A stretch of 64,000 bases of DNA from an uncultured Candidatus Entotheonella sp. (GTDB lineage Bacteria; Tectomicrobia; Entotheonellia; Entotheonellales; Entotheonellaceae). The translations under genes were made by a program, and so were the position numbers. Where the stretch lies: contig OZ244252.1 of NCBI GenBank assembly GCA_965217185.1, positions 32,001-96,000 of the forward strand, given 5' to 3'. Of the stretch, positions 18,201 through 26,889 are shown piece after piece. Below the pieces are notes generated by a model that was given only the letters and a program-made list of their open reading frames with translations, was not told the DNA's origin and did no database searches. The first letter of the stretch is position 1. Each line of letters opens with the position of its first letter.

Positions 18201-18578
18201 GCCCCCGACGAGGTGCTCATCCGCACCCACCCCGCCGCCGGGCTGGCGATCGCCACCGACCGCGGCGTCACCGTTGCCGTGGAAACCGACATCACCCCGG
18301 AGTTGCGCACCGAGGGTCTGGCCCGCGAGTTGGTTCGCCGTATCCAGGTCATGCGCCGTGACGCCGGATTCAACATCGCCGACCGCATCGTCACCTACGG
18401 CCTCTGCGACGGGCCGCTGGCTGACGCCCTGCTCACCTGGAGCGATTACGTCAAGGCCGAAACCCTCAGCATCGACCTCGTTGCCAGCGTGCCCCCGCCC
18501 GAAGCATACAGCGAAGAGCACCGCATCGACGGCATGACCATCACACTGGGTGTGCAGCGACAAGTGGTTCCAGTGTAA
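15201..18578 (+). CDS. ileS: isoleucine--tRNA ligase, type 2
   Basis: FLDGP..AN, GFDCQGL, WTTTPWTLPSN, GTGIVHIAPG, DWMISKKRYWG, EGLARELVRRIQ type-2 C-terminus. Confidence 0.97.
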   Translation: MPFQDVPAKVDDYAKQEHEVLQLWKDTDAFQTLRTLHAGQPKWSFLDGPVTANNPLGVHHGWGRTYKDVFNRFWTMRGRELRYQNGFDCQGLWVEVEVEKELGFRSKRDIETYGLDAFVRKCKERVLRFAAVQTEQSIRLGYWMDWNDPDRLRQLATALMENPSQRMTVQGPRGKVTDTAEQLVGRLGMPDLGGSYFTFSNENNYMIWTFLKQCWQRGWLYRGADVMPWCSRCATGISQHEIVTDGYQELTHTSITLRLPLRGRERESLLVWTTTPWTLPSNVVAAVGPKLTYVKVRQGDEVFYLSKGTLHMLRGAYEVLGEMPGSVLEGWTYDGPFDHLEAARRPGGNGALRDLAQDVSVCAAEAHRVVLWDEVSETEGTGIVHIAPGCGAEDFRLGKEHNLPILAPLDEEGYVLAGFGDFSGQHVSALLDGIRQTLTDSGRLYHVEPYTHRYPTCWRCATELVFRLVDEWFISMDELRHAMMEVTKQIRWIPAFGLDRELDWLRNMHDWMISKKRYWGLALPFWECAACGHYEVIGDDRELAARAVAGWEDFEGHTPHRPYIDAVQIACSKCGGRMQRIADVANPWLDAGIVSFSTLGYRTEREAWRDWYPAHWISESFPGQFRNWFYSLLAMGTVLENSPPFKECFGYATLIAEDGRAMHKSWGNAIEFNEAADHMGVDVMRWLYCAHKPENNLPFGYQRADEVRRQFLIPLWNMYSFFVTYANLDGWAPDREGFEPGCPEGPTPHSDNILDTWIVARLNQLTERCTASLQDSDTHAATLVIAAFLDDLSNWYIRRSRRRYWKSTHDTDKHTAYATLYHVLVKLIKLLAPLTPFVTEVMYQNLVRAMQPAAYDSVHHCDWPEVGMAVVDATLLDQMTLARQITSLGLGSRGSANIKVRQPLSAALAYVHEGETVWSETYTAIVCEELNVKSLQFVEQEAQLLSYEVLPNNKLLGPRLGATLGRVRAALTHTDAGAVVQQVQSGNPVALSIDGETFELAPDEVLIRTHPAAGLAIATDRGVTVAVETDITPELRTEGLARELVRRIQVMRRDAGFNIADRIVTYGLCDGPLADALLTWSDYVKAETLSIDLVASVPPPEAYSEEHRIDGMTITLGVQRQVVPV

Positions 18579-18637
18579 CCGCGGCAGGGGCGTTGCTGCT
18601 TGACACGAAGTCTTTTGTCAGTGGGAGGAAAATCATC

Positions 18638-19942
18638 ATGCCAATGGATAAATCTTGGCCTCTGGAGGCTCCGTACCTCCACGCATTCTTTGCCGCGGAC
18701 CCCGTTGCGGCGGACCACGCCTTCTTTGGACGAACGTCGTACGCCGACCGGCGCGGTTTTCTGCGGGGCGCCGGGCTTGCCGCCATGGCGGCGATGGTGG
18801 GCGCAGCGATCCCGTTCCACCGCAACATGCCGGTGGGCTTCATTCCGGCTGTATTCGCCGATGAGGCGGTGCTGGTCGGGAAGGACGGATTGACGCTGCT
18901 GAACGACCGGCCGCTCAACGCCGAAACCCCACCGCATCTGCTGGATGATCCCATCACCCCGACCCCTCGCCATTTCATTCGCAACAACGGCATCCCGCCA
19001 TCCGAAGCAGACCCGGACACCTGGACGCTCACCATCGACGGACTCGTCGACCGCCCCATGACCCTGTCGATCGCTGATCTTCAATCGAGGTTCGAAGTCG
19101 TCACGCTGGCCCTTGCCATTGAATGCGGGGGCAACGGACGGGCCTTCTTCGAACCGCCGGCAAGGGGCAACCAGTGGACCTATGGCGCGGTGGCCTGTTC
19201 GGAGTGGACCGGGGTGCGGCTCAAGGACGTGCTGGGGGCGGCTGGCGTGCAGCCCAACGTTGTCTATACCGCCCACGTCGGTGCCGATGGGCATCTCTCC
19301 GGGCAGCCGGACAAGCTTCCCATCTCGCGCGGCGTACCGATTGCCAAGGCGATGACGGACAACGTGCTCATCGCCTTTGGCCAAAATGGCGGCCCGATTC
19401 ATCCGATGAACGGAGCGCCGCTGCGGCTCGTCGTTCCCGGCTGGCCGGGATCGTGCTCGCAGAAATGGCTCCGGCGCATCTCCCTCCGCGATGTCGTGCA
19501 CGATGGCGCCAAGATGACCGGCACCTCGTACCGCGTGCCGAGCTACAAGATCGAGCCGGGTGAGAAAGTCGATAAAACAGAGTTCGTCATCATTGAGCGG
19601 ATGCCCGTCAAATCCCTTATTACCCATCCCGCGAACGGGGTGGCGGTGGGGCGTGCCGTTGAGGTGCGCGGCCATGCCTGGTCGGGCGACCGAATGGTCG
19701 CCGCGGTCGATGTTTCCTACGACTTTGGCGCCACCTGGATACCAGCCGCGCTAGACGCCCCCGCAAACGATGGCGCTTGGCAGAACTTTCGCGCCAACGT
19801 GGCGCTGTCCGCAGCCGGATACTACGAAATCTGGGCGCGGGCCACCGACAGCGCCGGGATGATGCAGCCCCACGCCATCGACTGGAATCCCAAGGGATAC
19901 CTCAACAACACGATGCACCGGGTTGCCCTTCGGGTATCGTGA
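18638..19942 (+). CDS. Tat-exported sulfite oxidase family molybdoenzyme (SorT/SorA-like)
   Basis: RRGFL Tat motif, PLNAETP, HFIRNNG, ECGGNGR Mo-ligand Cys, GAPLRLVVPGW. Confidence 0.92.
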   Translation: MPMDKSWPLEAPYLHAFFAADPVAADHAFFGRTSYADRRGFLRGAGLAAMAAMVGAAIPFHRNMPVGFIPAVFADEAVLVGKDGLTLLNDRPLNAETPPHLLDDPITPTPRHFIRNNGIPPSEADPDTWTLTIDGLVDRPMTLSIADLQSRFEVVTLALAIECGGNGRAFFEPPARGNQWTYGAVACSEWTGVRLKDVLGAAGVQPNVVYTAHVGADGHLSGQPDKLPISRGVPIAKAMTDNVLIAFGQNGGPIHPMNGAPLRLVVPGWPGSCSQKWLRRISLRDVVHDGAKMTGTSYRVPSYKIEPGEKVDKTEFVIIERMPVKSLITHPANGVAVGRAVEVRGHAWSGDRMVAAVDVSYDFGATWIPAALDAPANDGAWQNFRANVALSAAGYYEIWARATDSAGMMQPHAIDWNPKGYLNNTMHRVALRVS

Positions 19943-19959
19943 GCCGGCGTGGCGGGTTG

Positions 19960-20382
19960 ATGAAGACGCAACGGCCGCGGCGTGCCCTGGTCCGAACGAC
20001 CAGGTTGAGACGGGGCGCCGCACGGACTGTCGGGCGCGTTTTTGTCGATGTGATTGCCGTTCTCGTCGTTGCGGTCTGCGTGGCTGCCGGCGAGGATTCG
20101 GAAGAGGCGGGAACCGTGACGGCAAGCCAATCGGAATCGCCTAATTTCGGTATCCTCGTGGTGGGTGACGGTGCGGCAGAGACCTATGCCTATTGCATCG
20201 TCTGTCACTCCGAACGCCTTGTTGCCCAGCAGGGCCTGACCCGGCAAGATTGGGAGGAGGTCATTGAGCTTATGGTGGAAGAGCACGGGATGGCCCCACT
20301 TGCAGGTCCCACCCTCGACCGGGTGCTTGGCTATCTTTCGACTCATTACGGTCCCGACCGCCCGAATTTTCCGCTGCAATAG
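19960..20382 (+). CDS. monoheme cytochrome c (SorU-like); start uncertain
   Basis: Hydrophobic leader, CIVCH, distal M(VEEHG)M; abuts the sulfite dehydrogenase gene. Confidence 0.8.
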   Translation: MKTQRPRRALVRTTRLRRGAARTVGRVFVDVIAVLVVAVCVAAGEDSEEAGTVTASQSESPNFGILVVGDGAAETYAYCIVCHSERLVAQQGLTRQDWEEVIELMVEEHGMAPLAGPTLDRVLGYLSTHYGPDRPNFPLQ

Positions 20383-20445
20383 GCGAGTTGGGCGGAGGAC
20401 CGGAACCGTCATGACATGAACGCCGACTGAGAAAGGAACCCACAA

Positions 20446-20835
20446 ATGGAAGGGCGCCGCCGCCGAGAATATTGCTGGATCTGCCGACGGGGAACCGTTC
20501 ACATCTTCACCCACACCTTGCAAGAAGACGTCGCCACCGGTGAGTACGCCCTGTGCGAAGTGTGCCAACCTCTCGACCCTATCGCCTGCCATTTCCAGGA
20601 GCGCTTCTGGCGCCTCCTCGGCTGCCCGCCGGGTTACTGGACGTTCATCGGCTGTTTCTCTGCCGCTTGGAAACAGTGTTACCCCAGTGAGCGTTACGAC
20701 TCCCCCACCGACGTCGATCAGCAAGACGTCATCCACCGATTCGACGCGCTCGAACTCGACATCGAGGACCTGAAACAAGGCACCAAAACCCAGGGACGCG
20801 AGTGGCCCTATTGGACGCACGACTTCCCCGATTAG
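20446..20835 (+). CDS. hypothetical protein with two CxxC motifs
   Basis: RBS AAGGA; CWIC and CEVC; GC3-biased codons. Confidence 0.6.
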   Translation: MEGRRRREYCWICRRGTVHIFTHTLQEDVATGEYALCEVCQPLDPIACHFQERFWRLLGCPPGYWTFIGCFSAAWKQCYPSERYDSPTDVDQQDVIHRFDALELDIEDLKQGTKTQGREWPYWTHDFPD

Positions 20836-20852
20836 AGCCCTTTTGCATCAAG

Positions 20853-20891
20853 TGTAGGTCGGATTAGCGAAGCGTAATCCGACATTCCACT
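20853..20891 (+). repeat. GTAG-type REP-like palindrome, copy 2
   Basis: TGTAGGTCGGATTAGCGAAGCGTAATCCGACATTCCACT between convergent genes. Confidence 0.8.
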
Positions 20892-20908
20892 GCGCTATCC
20901 CGCCACGA

Positions 20909-21808
20909 TCATCCGGGCAGGAGTGGACTGAGTACCAGCGCAGCGGACAGGAGCAGGCCGAAACGCAGGTGGAGTTGGGCGGTACCGCGCAGAGCCTGGT
21001 GCAGGTCGGGGCGTTCGGTGCCGTGCCAGACCTTGCGGGCGACGGCAATGGCTTGGGGTAGGATAAGGAGCGGGGCGAGCCAGGGCCAGGAGCCGAGACG
21101 GGCGAGTACCAGCACGGCGATGCTCGCGAAGGCGATCAGGAGCAGGGCGCAATAGATCAGGGCGACAGGTTGCCGGCCCCACAGGTGCACGAGGGTCGTC
21201 TTGCCGCTGTGGCGGTCCTCGTTGGCGTCGCGGAGGTTGTTGGCGATGAGAATAGCGGTCACCAGACAGGCGACTGGCAGGGATAGCCAGATGGCAGGCC
21301 AAGTCAGGGTTTGGGTCTGGACGTAAAAACTGCCGAGAACCATGACCGGCCCCATGAAGACGAAGACCAGGGGTTCTCCCAAGGCCACGTTACCCAAGGG
21401 GAGGGGGCCGGCGCTGTAGCAGTAGGCAACGCCGACGCTGGCCAGACACACGACGGCCAGCGGCCAGCCGGTTTGGGTCACGAGATACACGCCAATCAGC
21501 GCCGCGAGGCCGAAGCAGGTCAGCGCGCCCCGCAGAACGGCGGCGGGCGTCAGCAGGCCATGGGCGATCACCTTGTACGGCGCTTGCACCTTGTGTTGGG
21601 CGGTGTCGGCGTCATGATCGGCGTATTCGTCGGTGAGGTTGGTGCCGCACTGCACGAGAACCGATCCGATCAGCACCAGGATGAATAGAAAAGGGTGGAA
21701 AACACCGGACTGGGCGGCCAATAGGCTGCCGACCAGCACCGGAACCACCGCGGCGCTGAGGGTGAAAGGCCGGATGGCCTGAAACCAGACGTGCATCGAT
21801 TCCCGCAT
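20909..21808 (-). CDS. menA: 1,4-dihydroxy-2-naphthoate prenyltransferase
   Basis: IRPFTL, NLTDEYAD, ANNLRD...D...GKTTL; operon with menB. Confidence 0.92.
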   Translation of the reverse strand: MRESMHVWFQAIRPFTLSAAVVPVLVGSLLAAQSGVFHPFLFILVLIGSVLVQCGTNLTDEYADHDADTAQHKVQAPYKVIAHGLLTPAAVLRGALTCFGLAALIGVYLVTQTGWPLAVVCLASVGVAYCYSAGPLPLGNVALGEPLVFVFMGPVMVLGSFYVQTQTLTWPAIWLSLPVACLVTAILIANNLRDANEDRHSGKTTLVHLWGRQPVALIYCALLLIAFASIAVLVLARLGSWPWLAPLLILPQAIAVARKVWHGTERPDLHQALRGTAQLHLRFGLLLSAALVLSPLLPG

Positions 21809-21824
21809 ATGTGTTCCCTACCGC

Positions 21825-22622
21825 CTACCAAGGGGTTCGACGATATTTCGCAAAATCCGGTTGGCGTTTTTCGAGGAACGCCGTGCGCCCCTCGGTGGCC
21901 TCGTCGCTGGTGTAGAAGAGGCTGGTGGCGCCGTGCGCCAGGGCTTGCAAGCCGTAGCCGTGGTCGGTGTCGGCGTTGAAGCCGGCCTTCATGAAGCGGA
22001 TTGCCGTCGGGCTCTTCGCCAAGATTTTGCGGCACCAGAGAGCCGTCTCTTCATCCAACTGTTCGCGCGGCACGACCTTGTTGACCAAGCCCATGTCCCG
22101 TGCCTCCTCGGCGCTGTATTGGTCGCACAGGTACCAGATTTCGCGCGCCTTCTTCTCGCCCACGATGCGTGCCAGGTACATGGCGCCGAAACCCGCGTCG
22201 AAACTGCCCACCTTCGGTCCCGTCTGGCCGAAAATGGCGCGGTCCGAGGCGATGGTAAGGTCGCAGATGACGTGCAGGACGTGCCCGCCGCCGATTGAAT
22301 AGCCGTCCACCTTGGCGATGACCGGCTTGGGAATTTCGCGGATCGTGCGGTGCAGGTTGCGGACTTGTAGGCGCGGCGTTCCCGACTCGTCGTTATAGCC
22401 GCCCTGGCCGCGGATTTTCTGGTCGCCGCCGGTGCAGAAATTGCTTTTCTCGCCGGTCAGCACCACCACGCCGATGCCGTCGTCGTACCAGGCGTCGTGA
22501 AACGCCTCCAGCATCTCGTCGATTGTGCGCGGGCGGAACGCGTTAAGAACCCATGGGCGGTTCATGCTCACGGTCGCCACGCCGTCTGCTTTTGTGTAGA
22601 TGATGTCCTCGAATTCTGGCAT
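21825..22622 (-). CDS. menB: 1,4-dihydroxy-2-naphthoyl-CoA synthase
   Basis: [42 protein letters not shown]. Confidence 0.97.
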   Translation of the reverse strand: MPEFEDIIYTKADGVATVSMNRPWVLNAFRPRTIDEMLEAFHDAWYDDGIGVVVLTGEKSNFCTGGDQKIRGQGGYNDESGTPRLQVRNLHRTIREIPKPVIAKVDGYSIGGGHVLHVICDLTIASDRAIFGQTGPKVGSFDAGFGAMYLARIVGEKKAREIWYLCDQYSAEEARDMGLVNKVVPREQLDEETALWCRKILAKSPTAIRFMKAGFNADTDHGYGLQALAHGATSLFYTSDEATEGRTAFLEKRQPDFAKYRRTPW

Positions 22623-22657
22623 GTCCTACCTCATGTTCATGTGTGTGTTGATGGTGA

Positions 22658-23437
22658 TCAATCGCCTCTGTCCGGTCGGACGGCGCGGTAGATATACACC
22701 ACGCCGCCCGTAAGGGATCGTGCCTGCACGTCGGTGAAACTCTGCTCCCGCATGGCCTGCTTGAAGCGGGCGCCGGCGGGAAAGACCGCCGCCGTGCGGG
22801 GCAGATAAGCATAGGCTTCCGAGTGCCCCGACAGCCAGCCGCCGATGCGCGGCAGCAGATAGCGTGAATAGAATCGAAACAGGGGCCCGAAGACGGCGCC
22901 CTGCGGCTGGCCGAATTCCAGCACCACGGCCACCCCGCCGGGACGCAGCACGCGGTACATCTCGCCCAAGGCCGTGGCCAGACAATCGACGTTGCGCAGG
23001 CCGAAGGCGACGCTCACCGCATCGAAGGAAGCGTCGCGGAAGGGCAGGCGCTGCGCGTCGGCAAGGGCAAAGGCGATGGGTGCCCGGTGTCGGGCGGCCT
23101 TGTGCCGGCCCCGCACCAGCATGGCGTCGCAAAAATCGGTGGCAACGACCCGTCCATCCCGCCCGGTGCGCCGAGCAAAGGCCAGCGCGAGGTCTGCGGT
23201 GCCGCTGCACAGGTCCAGAACGGCCGCGCCATGCCGCAAGCCGCTCGCCGTCACCGTCCGGCGCCGCCAGTAATGATGCAGCCCCAGGCTCAACACGCTG
23301 TTGAGCCGGTCGTATCGCCCGGCGATGGCGGCGAACATGTCCTTTACGGTCTGTCCCGTACGCGCCCCCTCCCTGGCCCTCCCCCACGGGAGGGGGGAGG
23401 AGATCAGAGCTTGGCCTTCCCCTTGAATAGGGCTCAA
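22658..23437 (-). CDS. menG: demethylmenaquinone methyltransferase (MenG/UbiE)
   Basis: MFAAIAGRYDRLN, VLDLCSGTAD, AFGLRNV, EMYRVLRPGG; TTG start. Confidence 0.9.
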   Translation of the reverse strand: MSPIQGEGQALISSPLPWGRAREGARTGQTVKDMFAAIAGRYDRLNSVLSLGLHHYWRRRTVTASGLRHGAAVLDLCSGTADLALAFARRTGRDGRVVATDFCDAMLVRGRHKAARHRAPIAFALADAQRLPFRDASFDAVSVAFGLRNVDCLATALGEMYRVLRPGGVAVVLEFGQPQGAVFGPLFRFYSRYLLPRIGGWLSGHSEAYAYLPRTAAVFPAGARFKQAMREQSFTDVQARSLTGGVVYIYRAVRPDRGD

Positions 23438-23476
23438 CTCCCTCTCCCCTGGAGGGAGAGGGTTGGGGTGAGGGGG
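23365..23476. repeat. inverted doublet of CCCTC...GGGAGAGGG-type palindromic repeats
   Basis: Unit A 23365-23399 (+) and unit B 23438-23476 (-), each with a CCCTC(T/C)CCC...GGG(A/G)GAGGG-like hairpin. Confidence 0.7.
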
Positions 23477-23609
23477 AAGGTTCCGGATGACGAGCCGTCT
23501 TGATCCGAAGTGTTCCTAGCGGCCCGATGCTTGCGACAACGGATATTATTCAGTATATGGAGCGGGTCGGCAATCACCTGTTCGCGCGCAAACACTTAGG
23601 AGTAACGCG

Positions 23610-23978
23610 ATGACCTCAGCATGGTGCCTGCGGCTGGCCGCGGTGAGCGGATTCCTCGTGGTCGCCTTGGGCGCTTTCGGTGCCCACGGGCTCAAGGCCA
23701 TTCTGCAACGGTATGAAACCCTGGAGACGTGGCAGACGGCGGTGTTTTACCATGCGCTTCACACGCTGGTCCTGCTTGCCCTGTCGTCGCATTCCGACGT
23801 CAGCAAGGGCGCCGTCATCAGCTTCGTGTTCGGCATCGTCGTATTCAGCGGCAGCCTGTACCTGCTGGCGGTGACCAACGTGCGTTGGCTGGGCGCCGTA
23901 ACCCCCATCGGCGGCGTGGGATTGCTGGTCGGGTGGGCGTGGCTGTTCATCGCCGCAGGCGCAAAAATGCAGGGATAG
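23610..23978 (+). CDS. DUF423 (YgdD/TMEM256) membrane protein
   Basis: VALGAFGAHGL, FSGSLY, LGAVTPIGG. Confidence 0.92.
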   Translation: MTSAWCLRLAAVSGFLVVALGAFGAHGLKAILQRYETLETWQTAVFYHALHTLVLLALSSHSDVSKGAVISFVFGIVVFSGSLYLLAVTNVRWLGAVTPIGGVGLLVGWAWLFIAAGAKMQG

Positions 23979-24053
23979 GCCCCGCTTGGCGCGCCAATGG
24001 GCGTGATATAATCCGCCATCCTGCATTCTCTTTCCTGTTAGGAACCTTCTCTC

Positions 24054-24881
24054 ATGTCCTCATACCGCTTTTGCCGTCCGGACGATCTGGAGTTGATCGT
24101 GTGGGCGATCAATCAATGCTGCCGCATCCACGAGACGGACACCCCGGAGATGACCGAGGAGCGGCTGAAGACCCACATGACGCTGTTTGCCGTGCGCCCT
24201 GGGAATTGCATGGTGGCGCTCGAACGGCAGCAGCCGGTGGCGGCGGTCATCAGCACGCGGCGCGAGGCGGGTGCGTGGATTCAGACCCTGGGCTGCCAGC
24301 CGGCCTTTCAGCGCCGCGGCGTCGCCTCCCAGCTTGTCGAGGCGTTAATTCGCAAAATTGCCATCCAGCGTACCGAAGACATTACGGTAGACGTCCCTGA
24401 GGATAACGACGCGGCGCTTAACTTCTTCCAGGCCGTTGGCTTCGAGGAGCGCGGGCGTTTCGTCACCCTGGCGGGCAAGCCGGACAGCCCCGGCGACCTG
24501 ACTGGAGAAGTCGTCCAGGCGCCGGCGGCGGAGTTGCTGAATGCCTACGAGGCGTTCCATGCTTATCCGGCGTGCTGGGAGCGCAGTGTTGATTCCCTGG
24601 CGGGCTATGGCGAGTTGATCCAGGGCTATGCCTATCGTGAAGACGGCGCGGCGCGGGGCTACCTGTTGCACCAGGGCGCAACGATTCTGGACCTCGCCTG
24701 CGCGCCCGACGCGGACGCGGCTCAGGTCAGCGCCATCTTGCTGGACCGCCTGGGTGCCCCCGGCGCGTCACCGTTCACCCTTCCCAAGGTGAATGCGGCC
24801 GACCCGTTGTTCGACATCCTGCAGCAGCAGGGCCTGCAGCCTGTGCGCAGCTACCGCCTGATGGGGCAGAAGCTGTCGTGA
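24054..24881 (+). CDS. GNAT family N-acetyltransferase
   Basis: Motif A PAFQRRGVASQL, motif B NDAALNFFQAVGF. Confidence 0.85.
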   Translation: MSSYRFCRPDDLELIVWAINQCCRIHETDTPEMTEERLKTHMTLFAVRPGNCMVALERQQPVAAVISTRREAGAWIQTLGCQPAFQRRGVASQLVEALIRKIAIQRTEDITVDVPEDNDAALNFFQAVGFEERGRFVTLAGKPDSPGDLTGEVVQAPAAELLNAYEAFHAYPACWERSVDSLAGYGELIQGYAYREDGAARGYLLHQGATILDLACAPDADAAQVSAILLDRLGAPGASPFTLPKVNAADPLFDILQQQGLQPVRSYRLMGQKLS

Positions 24882-24919
24882 GGCGCTTCAACCGCCCAAT
24901 TCAAACGAAAGAGTGAGTC

Positions 24920-25324
24920 ATGAATGCAACGACGACACGCCCTGTCATTCTGGAGGACCTGATCGAACGGATTGCGTCCCAGGCATTTGATACCCATATC
25001 TTCACGATCTGCACCAACACCGGACGCGCCCTGCAGCGGCCGGTCAAAGACCAGTATCCGCATCTCGTGGCGGTTGGGCGGGTCAGTCGGACGGTCGAGA
25101 TCGTCGGCATGGTGGAAACCGACGAGAGTCTGCGCGACCTCACTGCCGCCATGCGGCGCTGGCGCGCCCTGGACCACCTGCAAGCCGCCGCCTACCTGTA
25201 CGTCCCCAAAGGCCGCAGCGCCGACGCGCGCACGCTGTGCCTGCGCGAGACCATTCGCATTTCCGATTTCCGGCATTATTGGTTCGACGGCGAGACGCTA
25301 TGCCTCGAGCGCTGCTTCGCTTGA
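24920..25324 (+). CDS. hypothetical protein
   Basis: 134-aa ORF with typical codon bias in an apparent operon. Confidence 0.65.
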   Translation: MNATTTRPVILEDLIERIASQAFDTHIFTICTNTGRALQRPVKDQYPHLVAVGRVSRTVEIVGMVETDESLRDLTAAMRRWRALDHLQAAAYLYVPKGRSADARTLCLRETIRISDFRHYWFDGETLCLERCFA

Positions 25325-26533
25325 TGCGTAGGCTGGGGTTTCCGGGAAGTCACACGTGATCCACTGCGTGCCTTCCAGAGCCAGTTGCAGCAGGGCAGGG
25401 GTGTCCAGCGCCTGCTCGGCCGCTTCAATGTCCGGCAGGGTCGTACGGGTGGCGGGGCGGCGCGGCACGAACAGCGTGCAGCAATCCTGGTCGGGGAGGA
25501 TCGAGGTGGCATAGGTCCCGATGGCTTCCGCCTGTTCCATGATCTCGGCCTTGTCCATACCGATGAGGGGACGCAGCACCGGCAAGGTGCTGACGGCCTC
25601 GATGACGCTCAGGTTGCTGAGGGTCTGTGACGCCACCTGACCCAGTGATTCGCCGGTCACCAACGCCTGGGCGCCAAGCTGCTGAGCCAGAGCGTCGGCA
25701 ATCCGCAGCATGTATCGCCGGTAGAGGACGACGCGGTACGGTGCCGGCACGGCGCTCACGATGCGTTGCTGCACCTCGCCGAACGGCACCATGCACAATT
25801 TCGTATGGTACTGATGCTGGGTCAGCAGGCGCGCCAGAGTCTGGGCCTTGCGCTGCGAGGCGCGGTCCAGGAACGGGTAGCTGTGAAAGTGGACGACGTG
25901 CACCTGGCAGCCCCGCTTCATCATCCGGTAAGCGGCCACCGGCGAGTCCAGCCCTCCCGACAGTAGCCCCAGCAGCGTGCCGCCCGTGCCGACGGGCAAG
26001 CCGCCCGCCCCAGCCGTTTTTTCCACGTAAATCAATGTCTGCCGCGGGATTACCTCGACGTGCACAACCAACTCCGGGTTCTTCAAGTCCACCTTCGTGG
26101 CGTGGGACTCCAGCACGTGGGTACCAAGGATGCGGCTGATCTCCTGCGATCCCCACGGCAACTCCTTGAACGCCCGCCGCGCCGTGATGCGGAAGCTGGC
26201 GAAACTGCGGCCATGCAGGGCGCGGCTCACCGCCTGCTTGACGGCTTCGAGGTCGTGCGGCGCCGTCCAGCAACGTGAGAAATTGGCCACGCCGAAGACC
26301 TGCTGCAGGCGCTCCTCAAGCTCCCCCCAGGGAACGCTTTCGGGCGCGGTCAGCAACAGCCGTCCCGATTGCTGCTCCACGGAGCCCTCGCCCAGCGAAC
26401 TGAGCGCCCGCTCCAGGTTGCGCATCAGGGCGTGCAGAAAGACCGGCCGGTTCCTGCCCTTGAGGCCCAACTCGCCGTAGTGGACAACGATGTGGCGTCT
26501 CGGATCCTGCGTAGTTCGGTCCGCGGGTACCAT
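25298..26533 (-). CDS. thiI: tRNA 4-thiouridine synthase (THUMP + PP-loop, no rhodanese domain)
   Basis: YGELGLKGRNR, GGLPVG, LSGGLDSPVA, TGESLGQVASQT, RPLIGMDK, DCC. Confidence 0.95.
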   Translation of the reverse strand: MVPADRTTQDPRRHIVVHYGELGLKGRNRPVFLHALMRNLERALSSLGEGSVEQQSGRLLLTAPESVPWGELEERLQQVFGVANFSRCWTAPHDLEAVKQAVSRALHGRSFASFRITARRAFKELPWGSQEISRILGTHVLESHATKVDLKNPELVVHVEVIPRQTLIYVEKTAGAGGLPVGTGGTLLGLLSGGLDSPVAAYRMMKRGCQVHVVHFHSYPFLDRASQRKAQTLARLLTQHQYHTKLCMVPFGEVQQRIVSAVPAPYRVVLYRRYMLRIADALAQQLGAQALVTGESLGQVASQTLSNLSVIEAVSTLPVLRPLIGMDKAEIMEQAEAIGTYATSILPDQDCCTLFVPRRPATRTTLPDIEAAEQALDTPALLQLALEGTQWITCDFPETPAYASSEAALEA

Positions 26534-26812
26534 CGGCTCTGAATGTCCTCTGGCGGTGTCTGCTACCATTCGAAGAATACGGTTAGCCATTTCAACCTTT
26601 ATTCTTGTCATATGCACACTGATTGGAGGCTCATAACGCTTCCGAGCCGCAAGCCGCTCAAAACGAGATGCCGGAAACAAACTCACCCATATTCTGAGCG
26701 TTCTGGAACTGACAGAGTAGACTGGCAACGGCGTCAAAGCATACCGCCGCAGAAGGCTGGACCTTACCAACTCTTGCGAGAGGAAGCGACGCTTCCAAAC
26801 GGCACTAAGGAC

Positions 26813-26855
26813 GGGAAATATGCCCGCGGGCAATGAAACCCGCGGGGTATGTCCC
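26813..26855. other. GC-rich hairpin downstream of the 26890 gene (possible terminator or repeat)
   Basis: CCCGCGGG-caatgaaa-CCCGCGGG with extended imperfect arms; no U-tract. Confidence 0.35.
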
Positions 26856-26889
26856 GGAGGGGCGGCTGGCAGGTTCTGATAAGCCCAGC

